This document shows, piece by piece, positions 11,105 to 20,045 of a DNA stretch of 64,000 bases. Each line of letters opens with the position of its first letter. The stretch's first letter is position 1. The stretch spans positions 544,001-608,000 of the forward strand of contig JAEHCQ010000001.1 in NCBI GenBank assembly GCA_020696385.1. The letters run 5' to 3'. The stretch is from Methanobacteriota archaeon. Its GTDB lineage: Archaea > Thermoplasmatota > Thermoplasmata > SG8-5 > JAGLSY01. The notes under the pieces are model-generated. The model searched no databases and was not told where the DNA came from. It was given only the letters and a program-made list of their open reading frames with translations. Made by a program: the position numbers and the translations under genes.

Positions 11105-12931
11105 TTATTTCAAATGAGTGAGTATGGTTGATTCTCCGCCTTCCAGCACGACTTTAACATCTTCCATGGTAATTTCTGGATTGGTATAATATGCTGATAT
11201 TATCTTGGCAATTTGACGGTTCGTCTTCAGACCGATCAGCTTCATGTATTCCAGCAGATCAATACGTCGCTTGACCTCCCGCAACATCTCCCTCTGGGTC
11301 CAGTTCTTGCTATCTGCTATATTCTCGTAGATGTAGCTGTGACCACTGTAATTGAATGTGTCATCCGCAGGATTCCATGTATAGACAGAGTTCGTTATCA
11401 GATCTCCAGAATCTGGATCCATGCCAAATATCTCAGTAAGGGACTTGACACGACGTGTCATCCCATCTCCCACTTTCACCTGGGCTTGCATAAGAACAAG
11501 ATCCAACGCTGTGAGCAAAGCCCTCGGGATCTCGATCGGGGGCTGTTCCATCCTGTTCACCATTGCCTGGACATTCTCTGCGTGGAAGGTGGTGTACGCG
11601 CTCTTACCTGTGGCCATCGCCTGGAACACCACACTGGCTTCTGAACCTCTTACCTCACCGACCATCATGTATTGTGGCCTCTGCCTTAAAGCCGCCATGA
11701 GAAGATCGAACATGTCTATCTCTCCAGCTGCCTTTCCGGTGGCGTCTTTTCCACCAAAGCCAGATCTTGTAAGAAGTGGAACCCAATTCTCATGAGGCAA
11801 ATTCAATTCTCTCGTATCCTCTATACTGACGACCTTCATCTGGGCCGGAATAAATATCAGTACCGCGTTCAAAGTGGTGGTCTTACCACTCGCAGTACCA
11901 CCACAAACTAGAATGGATTTCCCATTCTCAATACATAGCCAGATATAGGCCATCATGTCCGGTGACATAGTCTTGAACCTTACAAGGTCAAGCGGAGTGA
12001 AAGGATCTTCCTTGAATCGCCTGATAGTGAAAGAAGAACCTCTTTTTGTAACATGCATACCCAGAGTGGCATTCAACCTTGAACCATCCGGAATGGTAGC
12101 ATCGAGCATTGGCTCCGCCACAGATATGTGTTTACCACACTTCTGGGCCAGCCAGACAACGAAACCATCCAAGCTCTCGGCTGTATCGAACTGGATATTT
12201 GATTGGATCGAGCCATACTGCCTTGTATAGATATAGAAAGGTACACCGACACCGTCACAGGAAAGATCCTCCACTCCCCCTTCGATCATCGGAACATCAA
12301 TGGGACCGTATCTGATAAAGTCCCTTAGAATGTAATATATCACCCTTTCCTTGGATATGGGGTTTAGAGTCACTCCCATGTCCTTCAGAAGACTATCAAC
12401 ACCCTCCCTGAGGTATTGCTCCCTTATCTCCTCTGTTGCATCTTTTATAGTTTCCAGAGTGTCAACCAATATTTCCTTGAGCACCTCAAGAACATCCTCC
12501 TCTTCTTCCTTCAGAGATGGTTCAATACACTCGTAGAAATAATCACTGGATATATTATCATAAAGGATCCTGACATAAGAATATCCATCGATAACTGGAA
12601 TTATCTCGATCTCCTGCAAATTCTTCTCCCTTATCTTTGGGATCGTGGTGATATCCTTCACCTGAGACCTTTCCTTGGCTCCCTTCGATACCTTGACCTT
12701 CATCGCTTTCTTTCCACTCAACATGGTCATGTATTTCTTCTTCAGGTCGTCAAAGGCTGAGAATGTAGAGGCTTGCTTGCGCTCTTCCAATGATTCGAGT
12801 TCGGCCTCGGTCTGTGCCTCCTCATCTTTGAGCTCATCCAGTTTTTCTTCGGCCGCTCTTTTCTCGTCGTCAATGGCCTCCAGTTCTTTCTGGTGCTCGC
12901 TCATGGATTTTTTCTCCGCTGCATCTGCCAA
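11105..12931 (-). CDS. Type II/IV secretion (FlaI/PilB/TadA-like) ATPase with acidic coiled-coil N-terminus
   Basis: GGTASGKTT, EDTREL, ALRQRP..MVGEVRG, TTFHA. Confidence 0.93.
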   Translation of the reverse strand: MADAAEKKSMSEHQKELEAIDDEKRAAEEKLDELKDEEAQTEAELESLEERKQASTFSAFDDLKKKYMTMLSGKKAMKVKVSKGAKERSQVKDITTIPKIREKNLQEIEIIPVIDGYSYVRILYDNISSDYFYECIEPSLKEEEEDVLEVLKEILVDTLETIKDATEEIREQYLREGVDSLLKDMGVTLNPISKERVIYYILRDFIRYGPIDVPMIEGGVEDLSCDGVGVPFYIYTRQYGSIQSNIQFDTAESLDGFVVWLAQKCGKHISVAEPMLDATIPDGSRLNATLGMHVTKRGSSFTIRRFKEDPFTPLDLVRFKTMSPDMMAYIWLCIENGKSILVCGGTASGKTTTLNAVLIFIPAQMKVVSIEDTRELNLPHENWVPLLTRSGFGGKDATGKAAGEIDMFDLLMAALRQRPQYMMVGEVRGSEASVVFQAMATGKSAYTTFHAENVQAMVNRMEQPPIEIPRALLTALDLVLMQAQVKVGDGMTRRVKSLTEIFGMDPDSGDLITNSVYTWNPADDTFNYSGHSYIYENIADSKNWTQREMLREVKRRIDLLEYMKLIGLKTNRQIAKIISAYYTNPEITMEDVKVVLEGGESTILTHLK

Positions 12932-12940
12932 TATGTCACC

Positions 12941-14062
12941 TCATGTAAATGTTAATATCAAGATCCCAAGCAGGATCAATATGAAGCTGTGCTTCAATCC
13001 TTCAGACACCCTTCCATTCTGAAGCACTCCCGCCATAACACCATCTCCAACCGCGTGTATCATGGATGCAAGGAAAAAGGCCACCTCGATCTGAGGTATG
13101 ACCGATACATCCAATGACATACCACCGACACTCGCACTGCCTAGACCAGCAGCTTCAGCTGATCTTGCTACAGCCATTCCAGCAATTCTGATCTTTGGAA
13201 GGAAGGTTGCATTTAGAATAATAATAGTGACCAGGAACACGAAGAAAGCTATGTAAATAACAGCCAGATATGTACTCATCGCGATCTCCCTCTCTGCTTG
13301 CATCAACTGTTCTTCCTTGGTATCATGTGCCACCATTGTAAGAACATCCGCCACACTACCGCCCGCATCATTGGATTTTATAACGATGGCCACAACCCTG
13401 TTCACCAATGCTGTATCCATTCTTTCCGCGAAGAGCCTCAATGCTTCCGTGGATGTAACACCCCATTCGATCTGGGCTGCCATCTTCTGAATTTCCGGAG
13501 TTAATTTCCCATATCTACCGGATGATGCGACCATGATAGCATCTGACAGGGTCATACCAAAACGACCTGCCTCGGCCACATCTCTGAGAAAATCAGGTAT
13601 TCTCTTCTCGATAGCTTCAATATTCTTAGCTTTTGTTGAGGCATAGAAAGCCCAAGGACCGAAAAGGAAGGCCGCACCCAGGAATAGGAATTGGAGGAAC
13701 CTCATCATAGGTGTTTGCCCTTGATCAGGTATCTCATCGACTCCCGCTTCATCATAAATCCCATCCCCATCTACGTCATAAGAGTCATAGGCATCATAAC
13801 CAGAATTAGCATCCCATTTATCTATAACACCATCTTCATTATTATCGAGGCCCACCTCTTCAGGTATCTGGATTATGCCATCTTCATTCAAGTCAGTTGT
13901 TGGCAACTTCTTGAAAGACATGTCGACCTGATTGGTGAGATTCAATATTCCAAGCAGCAGGAATACTGAGAAGATCACGACTCCTATTACGACCATTGTT
14001 CGGGTAAGGTCCTTTTTGGTGGATATCGCCAGTTTCCTCATTTCTTCCTTTGATGCTGCCAT
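12941..14062 (-). CDS. T2SSF-family (TadC/FlaJ-like) membrane platform protein with a DxDxDG-rich loop
   Basis: IEKRIPDFLRDVAEAGRFGMTL...YGKLTPEI..MAAQIEWG. Confidence 0.9.
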   Translation of the reverse strand: MAASKEEMRKLAISTKKDLTRTMVVIGVVIFSVFLLLGILNLTNQVDMSFKKLPTTDLNEDGIIQIPEEVGLDNNEDGVIDKWDANSGYDAYDSYDVDGDGIYDEAGVDEIPDQGQTPMMRFLQFLFLGAAFLFGPWAFYASTKAKNIEAIEKRIPDFLRDVAEAGRFGMTLSDAIMVASSGRYGKLTPEIQKMAAQIEWGVTSTEALRLFAERMDTALVNRVVAIVIKSNDAGGSVADVLTMVAHDTKEEQLMQAEREIAMSTYLAVIYIAFFVFLVTIIILNATFLPKIRIAGMAVARSAEAAGLGSASVGGMSLDVSVIPQIEVAFFLASMIHAVGDGVMAGVLQNGRVSEGLKHSFILILLGILILTFT

Positions 14063-14075
14063 TCTTTCTACACCT

Positions 14076-15095
14076 CTACTCTTGACTCATGCTCCATACT
14101 ACGAATATGAAACCGAATTGTGACATTGGAATCATAAGCCCAATGACCATGAATAATATATTTGTCGTGGACTGAGCAGTTCCACCAATGATAGCCATTA
14201 TCGCGAGAATGACCACCAAGAAAAGTGGAAATGCCACGACCACTGTGACGAAACTTTCGGCCAGCATAGCCATGGTTTCCATGGTCTGCTTCATCATCAG
14301 CTTGTTCTCTTTCTCAAATTGCTCGGATTTCATGATAAAATATGGTTTTAACTGACCACCAGAGGTCGTCGTGGTGACAACACCCTGAAGGAAATCCTGG
14401 AATTTTGTGGATGGTGAGCGCAATGCTCCCCTTCTGACGGCTGTGAGAATGTCAATACCAAGAAGCTCAGTGTCTCGTGTTATCCACTCAGCCTCGTTCT
14501 GGATCTCACCATACACTTCCTGCTTGGAAAGTTCCTTGAATATGACATCGACCGGGACATTGGCTGAAGCCATGGCAGATATGAAACTCATAACACCAGA
14601 TATTCTCTTATCTATATCCCTACCTCTGGCCTTTGCCTTACCACCTGGTGATCCTTTGACGCCCATGAATCCCATCACTGGAAGTCCCACTGCAGCCCCT
14701 ACACCGATAAGAGCTCCCAAAAGCAATCCCAAGCCCAGCATGGAGAATACTATCGGAAGGACTATTGCCATAATGATGCCGACAATAGCCAGTATAACGG
14801 CCATCGTATAGGCCACTGCCATGTGTTCCTCCGGCCTTATTGGCATATGGGCTTTCAGAAGACTGCTTTCAAGTTCTTCATCACCCTTGTATTTTAATTT
14901 GGCATAATTGCCCATTAGACCCCATGAGAATTCCTGGAAAGGTGTAAGGTTTATGTAATCCGGCACCGAGCCCTTCTTCAATCTTATGATATGAGGGCCA
15001 CGCTCGACATCCTCATATTTCCTGCTTCTCTTGGTCTTGAGATGAGCATCCTTATTGTCGAATTTTGAGAATGCGTCAACCGTCTCATGCGCCAA
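14076..15095 (-). CDS. T2SSF-family (TadB/FlaJ-like) membrane platform protein
   Basis: FISAMASANV...YGEIQNE...PSTKFQDFLQG...SGG; TTG start after GAGGTG (ORF track start 15119). Confidence 0.9.
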   Translation of the reverse strand: MAHETVDAFSKFDNKDAHLKTKRSRKYEDVERGPHIIRLKKGSVPDYINLTPFQEFSWGLMGNYAKLKYKGDEELESSLLKAHMPIRPEEHMAVAYTMAVILAIVGIIMAIVLPIVFSMLGLGLLLGALIGVGAAVGLPVMGFMGVKGSPGGKAKARGRDIDKRISGVMSFISAMASANVPVDVIFKELSKQEVYGEIQNEAEWITRDTELLGIDILTAVRRGALRSPSTKFQDFLQGVVTTTTSGGQLKPYFIMKSEQFEKENKLMMKQTMETMAMLAESFVTVVVAFPLFLVVILAIMAIIGGTAQSTTNILFMVIGLMIPMSQFGFIFVVWSMSQE

Positions 15096-16770
15096 GACCA
15101 GACACCTCCTCTTCACCATATACAGGCTCCACGACCCAGCCCATTTCGTCCCTTATCTTCTGGACGGTCTCAAGTGGTTCTTTGTAATATGCAACGATGA
15201 TATTGGAGATCGCGATGAAATCATTTATCTCCTTTTCCACCATGTAATTGATGATATCTACCCTTCTCTTGAATTCCTCATCCATCTCATCATGGGTGAG
15301 ATTCTTCACTTCCATCATACCATCCAGGATAAAACTGTGGCCTTTGTATAGGAAGGAATCGCTACGTTGATCCCATAGATATGTGGTATTAGTGACGATC
15401 TCATTGGTATCTGCTTCATAGGCCACGAGCTCGACGATCTCCGTTATCCTACGAACGATGCTGTCCCTGACCCTCACATGCTTCTGGATAACAATGAAAT
15501 TAAGAGCTGTAAGCAATATTCTTGGTGTGTTAATAGGTGGATTCTCCAGCCTATTAACCATAGATTTAACAGAATCCGCGTGCATCGTGGAGTAAGTGGT
15601 GTGACCTGTGGCCATTGCCTGGAACATGGTGGATGTTTCCTTACCTCTGACCTCTCCCACTATGATGTAGTTCGGCCTCTGCCTCAATGCACCCCTGACG
15701 AGTTCGTACATATCGATCTCGCCCTCGGCCTTTCCATCCGCATCTCTCTCACCCTGGCCGGTCCTTGTCGTACCTGGTATCCAGTTCTCATGCGGTAGGT
15801 TCAATTCCCTGGTATCTTCCATGGTAACTATTTTCGCACCTGGCCTGATGAAAAGAGCGGCTGCGTTCAATGTAGCTGTCTTTCCACTTGCTGTTCCTCC
15901 AACGACCAGCATGGATTTACCGATCTCGACAGCCAACCAAAGATAGGCAACCATCTCAGGAGAGGCTGAATTGAAGTTAATAAGATCGACAGGCGTGAAG
16001 GGCTTATCTTTGTATCTTCTAATGGTGAAAGAAGAACCTCTGGTAGTGACCTCGGTGGCATATGTTGCTTGTACCCTGTGACCCTCGCCAGTAGTTCCAT
16101 CAAGGATAGGCATGGAAACAGAGACCTGCTTTCCACATCTCTGGCCTAATTGAACAACAAAGCTGTTAAGTTCATCCTCATCCTCGAAAAGTGTAGCGGT
16201 CTTGATGGATTCGTATTTCTGGTGGAAAACAAAGAGAGGGACCGCAGTTCCATCGCATGAAACATCCTCTATCTTATCATCGTGCATGAGGGCGTCTATG
16301 TGCCCGAAATCCACAAAATCTCGCAAAATGTAGTAATCGATCTTCTGCTTGGTCTTTGGATCGATCTTCATACCTCTAGTAGTTATGAAGCTGTTTATCG
16401 CACCTTTTAGGTATTCTCTCTTATCCTTGAGCCCCATCTTGTCCATTTCATATTCCAGAGCCTTTTCGAAGGTATCCATTATCAAAGCTATGGTCTCCTT
16501 CTCTTTGGGAGTTAATTCAGGCTCAATAACCTCGTATATGAATTCACTCAATTCATTATCATACTTTATACGGGCATAACTGAAAGGCTCATTGATCGGA
16601 TAAACCTCTTTCTCTGTAAATTTATCGTCTTTAAGATCAGGAATGGGTGTAAGCTCAGAGCCTCTACCGACCTTGAACTCCTGCTCCTTCAGCTTCTCAC
16701 CTACAGGTACCCTTACCTTAAGCGACTTAGAACCTAGAAGTTTTTTCATGAAAGCTTTTTTGAGCACCAA
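15085..16770 (-). CDS. Type II/IV secretion (FlaI/PilB/TadA-like) ATPase
   Basis: GGTASGKT, EDTREL, LRQRPNYIIVGEVRG, STMHA. Confidence 0.93.
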   Translation of the reverse strand: MVLKKAFMKKLLGSKSLKVRVPVGEKLKEQEFKVGRGSELTPIPDLKDDKFTEKEVYPINEPFSYARIKYDNELSEFIYEVIEPELTPKEKETIALIMDTFEKALEYEMDKMGLKDKREYLKGAINSFITTRGMKIDPKTKQKIDYYILRDFVDFGHIDALMHDDKIEDVSCDGTAVPLFVFHQKYESIKTATLFEDEDELNSFVVQLGQRCGKQVSVSMPILDGTTGEGHRVQATYATEVTTRGSSFTIRRYKDKPFTPVDLINFNSASPEMVAYLWLAVEIGKSMLVVGGTASGKTATLNAAALFIRPGAKIVTMEDTRELNLPHENWIPGTTRTGQGERDADGKAEGEIDMYELVRGALRQRPNYIIVGEVRGKETSTMFQAMATGHTTYSTMHADSVKSMVNRLENPPINTPRILLTALNFIVIQKHVRVRDSIVRRITEIVELVAYEADTNEIVTNTTYLWDQRSDSFLYKGHSFILDGMMEVKNLTHDEMDEEFKRRVDIINYMVEKEINDFIAISNIIVAYYKEPLETVQKIRDEMGWVVEPVYGEEEVSGLGA

Positions 16771-16950
16771 CCGGTTTCACCCCTATCTCACTTCAAGTGA
16801 CTACTTCACCCACACAGATTAGCCCATCCACTAATGACTTTGTTATGAAAAAGCCACTTGTTTCCTCCACCTTTTATTACATTATCCATATATATAGATG
16901 TCGCATTGGTATAATATATAATGTCCTGCCATTTCTTTTTTGATCGTTCC

Positions 16951-18087
16951 CTATGATTCGTGAGGATAATCGGCTTGTCGATTTTGGAAAGATAATATCT
17001 GAGATTTTTGAATCACTCCCTTATTAATTACCACCGCACGCCGAATGGTTTCATTTTTGCTCCAACTCTCAGGACCCTCAAGAACTGTTTTTAAATACAC
17101 GATTAAAGCCGCTGATATTGAGCGAGATGCACTCTCCCATAAGTAAGATGGTGTATGATCTACACCATAGTAGTCCACACTGCCAACCTTGAACATTGGC
17201 TCGTTGAATGTTGTTGGTTTTGCAAAAGGAAATCCCATGCCTTCATCGCAACTGACATCAATGATCAGACTGTTTGGCTTGAGATAAGACATCTCTTCGG
17301 AGGTGACAAACATATATGGAGATTCAGGATCTTGAAAGCTTCCGTTAACAATTATGTCTGCCTCGCTGATTAATTCCTTAAAGGGTCGCCTGCTTCCGTC
17401 ATGTTCAACGGCCACCAATCTGGCTTCGTTGTCTATACCATCTTCAATTCGAATATAGTGGCAGTCCAAGACCTCTTCTCTAACCTCATGGTCAGGCCTT
17501 TGAATACAAATGGTAATATCCCTAAAACCTCGGGCCTTGAGGGCGTAGATAGCCCCTCTGCTGACGGCTCCAAAACTAAAAATAAGGACTTTCCGCTGGT
17601 CTCCATAGTGGCCATCGATTCCCTTTAACTGCAGAGCATGTAATATCGCGCTGTAGCCAGCGAGTTCATTATTTTTGTAAAATGTGTGGCGCCCGATTTC
17701 CCCTTTGGGCCCCCAGACAAACATCTCTTCAAATGCAATAAGTGTGAGCTTTCGATCGATTGCCATTTGGGTGATGGGGCGTTGTTGAGCACAGTGTGGG
17801 TATCCCCACATGATTCCTCTCTCCTTCAGGGTCTCAAGGTCTGAAAGAACAGGTTTGGTAACTATCACATTTCCAATTTCTGATAATAATTGATCCCGCT
17901 GCATCGTGCTACCGCTAGATAGTTCAGCAATTTCATCATCCGTCATGTGAAAGGGCTCTCCGTAGCCTCGCTCAAATACGAGTTGGCGGCGTATGTTTTC
18001 AGGCAGACGTTTCAAGTGGTCTGGATGTATTGGCACCCGGCACTCGTTTTCCTTTTTCGATGTCCCAATAACTCCGAATTTAATCAT
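16951..18087 (-). CDS. N5-(carboxyethyl)ornithine synthase / AlaDH-PNT family NAD(P)H oxidoreductase
   Basis: KENE.RVPIHP, FYKNNELAGY, FGAVSRGA, IIDVSCDEGMG, VDHTPS. Confidence 0.8.
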   Translation of the reverse strand: MIKFGVIGTSKKENECRVPIHPDHLKRLPENIRRQLVFERGYGEPFHMTDDEIAELSSGSTMQRDQLLSEIGNVIVTKPVLSDLETLKERGIMWGYPHCAQQRPITQMAIDRKLTLIAFEEMFVWGPKGEIGRHTFYKNNELAGYSAILHALQLKGIDGHYGDQRKVLIFSFGAVSRGAIYALKARGFRDITICIQRPDHEVREEVLDCHYIRIEDGIDNEARLVAVEHDGSRRPFKELISEADIIVNGSFQDPESPYMFVTSEEMSYLKPNSLIIDVSCDEGMGFPFAKPTTFNEPMFKVGSVDYYGVDHTPSYLWESASRSISAALIVYLKTVLEGPESWSKNETIRRAVVINKGVIQKSQILSFQNRQADYPHES

Positions 18088-18196
18088 GATACACTAACAA
18101 CTCCTGGGTTTATAAGACAACGGGGTAATTAAATTTAATGAGTTTGTTTTTCCCATTTCCTTCAGATTGACGTTAAAGTCAGATTAAGAAAAAAAA

Positions 18197-18300
18197 TGGA
18201 CACAGCGGGATTCTACAACTAATTCGCTTTGCTCATTAGTCTTGTACGCGATGGGGGCATCGCGCATGAACCTGCGATTCAAATCCCTGAAAAATAATAA
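18197..18300 (-). repeat. 16-bp duplicate of the tRNA-Ala 3' end (18197-18212) plus an intervening structured mini-element
   Basis: TGGACACAGCGGGATT occurs at 18197 and 18301; the spacer folds into three hairpins closed by GGGATT/AATCCC. Confidence 0.8.
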
Positions 18301-18374
18301 TGGACACAGCGGGATTTGAACCCGCGGCCTCTGCCTTGCGAAGGCAGCGATCTTCCGAGCTGATCTATGTGCCC
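18301..18374 (-). tRNA. tRNA-Ala(CGC)
   Basis: GGGCACA/TGTGTCC acceptor with G3:U70; CTGCC TT CGC AA GGCAG anticodon arm. Confidence 0.96.
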
Positions 18375-18471
18375 ATATTGTATTGCTTAGTATAACACTG
18401 GAATGATGATATGAATATAAACTTTTACCAATAATGTAAAAGCGAATTACTTGTTGATGATGTTTGAAACA

Positions 18472-19812
18472 TCATCCATTAATGATGTCCGCGACATCAT
18501 CAACAATCTCAGCCGCCCTTCCAGTGTAATTGGCCGCATCAAGTATAACATCCAGTTCTTCCGGTGTCCATAGATCGGATATGATCTCATCCTGCATCGC
18601 GCCGGTCCGAATATCATGCCCTTCATCAATGCATTTCATGGATATTCGTCTGGTCACCTCGTGTGCGTCCTGACGGCCTATTCCTTTCTTCACGAGAGCC
18701 ATCATGAGAGCTTCGGCCATGATCAAACCCTTGCTCATCTCGATATTCTTCTTCATGTTCTCGGGGAAGACCGCGAGGTTGGCAAAGACCTTGTTCATCT
18801 TCACCAGCATGTCATCCACCAGGACACAACTGTGACCTAATGTGAAACGCTCGGCCGATGAATTCGAGAGGTCTCGCTCATGCCAGAGCGGTGAATTCTC
18901 CAGAGTTGGGATTATGAAAGCGCGCTGAACCCTTGCCAATCCAGTAATGTTCTCGCACATGATCGGGTTCTTCTTGTGAGCCATTGTGGAACTGCCGACC
19001 TGTTTTTCCTTATCAAATGCCTCGGCAACCTCGCCTATCTCACTGCGCTGGAGATTCCTAATCTCCACCGAGAATTTTTCGAGAGATGCAGATATATTTG
19101 CTAATATCGCGATAAATTCCACATACCGATCCCTGCCCACTAATTGAAGACTGGCCTCTTCATATCCGAGCCCAAGTTCTTCCATTGTGATAATCTGCAA
19201 GTCCCTCGCATGTTCTCCAAGCGCGGCTCCAGTACCCACCGCGCCACTTAATTTCCCGACGCAGATCCTGGGCCTGGCTTCCTCCAAACGCTGGAGATGT
19301 CTGTGTGTCTCCAGGGCGTAGGCCGCGATCTTCATTCCAAAAGTAAGTGGTATGGCGAACTGGCCATGTGTTCTGCCGACCATGACCGTGTGCTTGTGTT
19401 CCTCTGCCAAATCGATCATCGTATGCTCCAATAGCATCAGGTCATCGATGATCATCTCGATAGCCTTATTGAACTGAAGCGCTGTAACCGTGTCCACGAT
19501 GTCATTGGATGTCGCGCCCAGATGGACATAGTCCCCGGCTGGCCCACATTGTTCCGTGAGTGCTTTGACCATGGCCATGATATCGTGGTTGGTATCCTTC
19601 TCGATCTCCCAAACACGCTCTAACTTCACTATCTGGCTATTGGCCTTTTGAGTGATAGTGTCCGCGTGCTCTTTGTCGATATTCCCCACCTTCGCGTGGG
19701 CCCTGGCAATAGCTGCCTCGACATCCAGCATGAGCTGCAGACGTACTTCTTCATCGAAAATCCTCTTCATCTCTTCTCGGCCATATCTGAATTCAAGCGG
19801 GCATACGGGCAT
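18472..19812 (-). CDS. purB: Adenylosuccinate lyase
   Basis: HLGATSND, GRTHGQ, GSSTMAHKKNP, WHERDL; start MPVCPLEFRYG. Confidence 0.96.
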   Translation of the reverse strand: MPVCPLEFRYGREEMKRIFDEEVRLQLMLDVEAAIARAHAKVGNIDKEHADTITQKANSQIVKLERVWEIEKDTNHDIMAMVKALTEQCGPAGDYVHLGATSNDIVDTVTALQFNKAIEMIIDDLMLLEHTMIDLAEEHKHTVMVGRTHGQFAIPLTFGMKIAAYALETHRHLQRLEEARPRICVGKLSGAVGTGAALGEHARDLQIITMEELGLGYEEASLQLVGRDRYVEFIAILANISASLEKFSVEIRNLQRSEIGEVAEAFDKEKQVGSSTMAHKKNPIMCENITGLARVQRAFIIPTLENSPLWHERDLSNSSAERFTLGHSCVLVDDMLVKMNKVFANLAVFPENMKKNIEMSKGLIMAEALMMALVKKGIGRQDAHEVTRRISMKCIDEGHDIRTGAMQDEIISDLWTPEELDVILDAANYTGRAAEIVDDVADIING

Positions 19813-19900
19813 ATTAACACCGAACCTGTATACCACCTATGAATTATATGTGGGTTTCGGTGGGTTGGAGAAGAAACCTGCTCATCATGTTTAGAATTAT

Positions 19901-20027
19901 AGAAAGATGGACCTCCCCGCCCTTTGGACGGGGTTTCGAATAGAGAACTGTCACTCGCTGGCACATCACTGAGAGTACCCCGCCCTCCTTGGTTCTATCG
20001 GCTCAATCAGACGGGGCATGCTTGCAT
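19901..20027 (-). ncRNA. IS200/IS605 right-end (TnpB reRNA/omegaRNA-like) scaffold, orphan copy 1
   Basis: Near-identical conserved blocks with 28539-28664; terminal GAAA-CCCCGTCC-AAA-GGGCGGGG-AGGTCCA hairpin; no tnpB ORF adjacent. Confidence 0.55.
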
Positions 20028-20045
20028 GATCATCGCTCTGCATAA

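Noticed and set aside
19901-20027. Hammerhead ribozyme (CTGATTGA...GAAA)
   Set aside because: The core deviates from CUGANGA and there is no UH cleavage site after the stem following GAAA; an IS605 right-end layout fits better.
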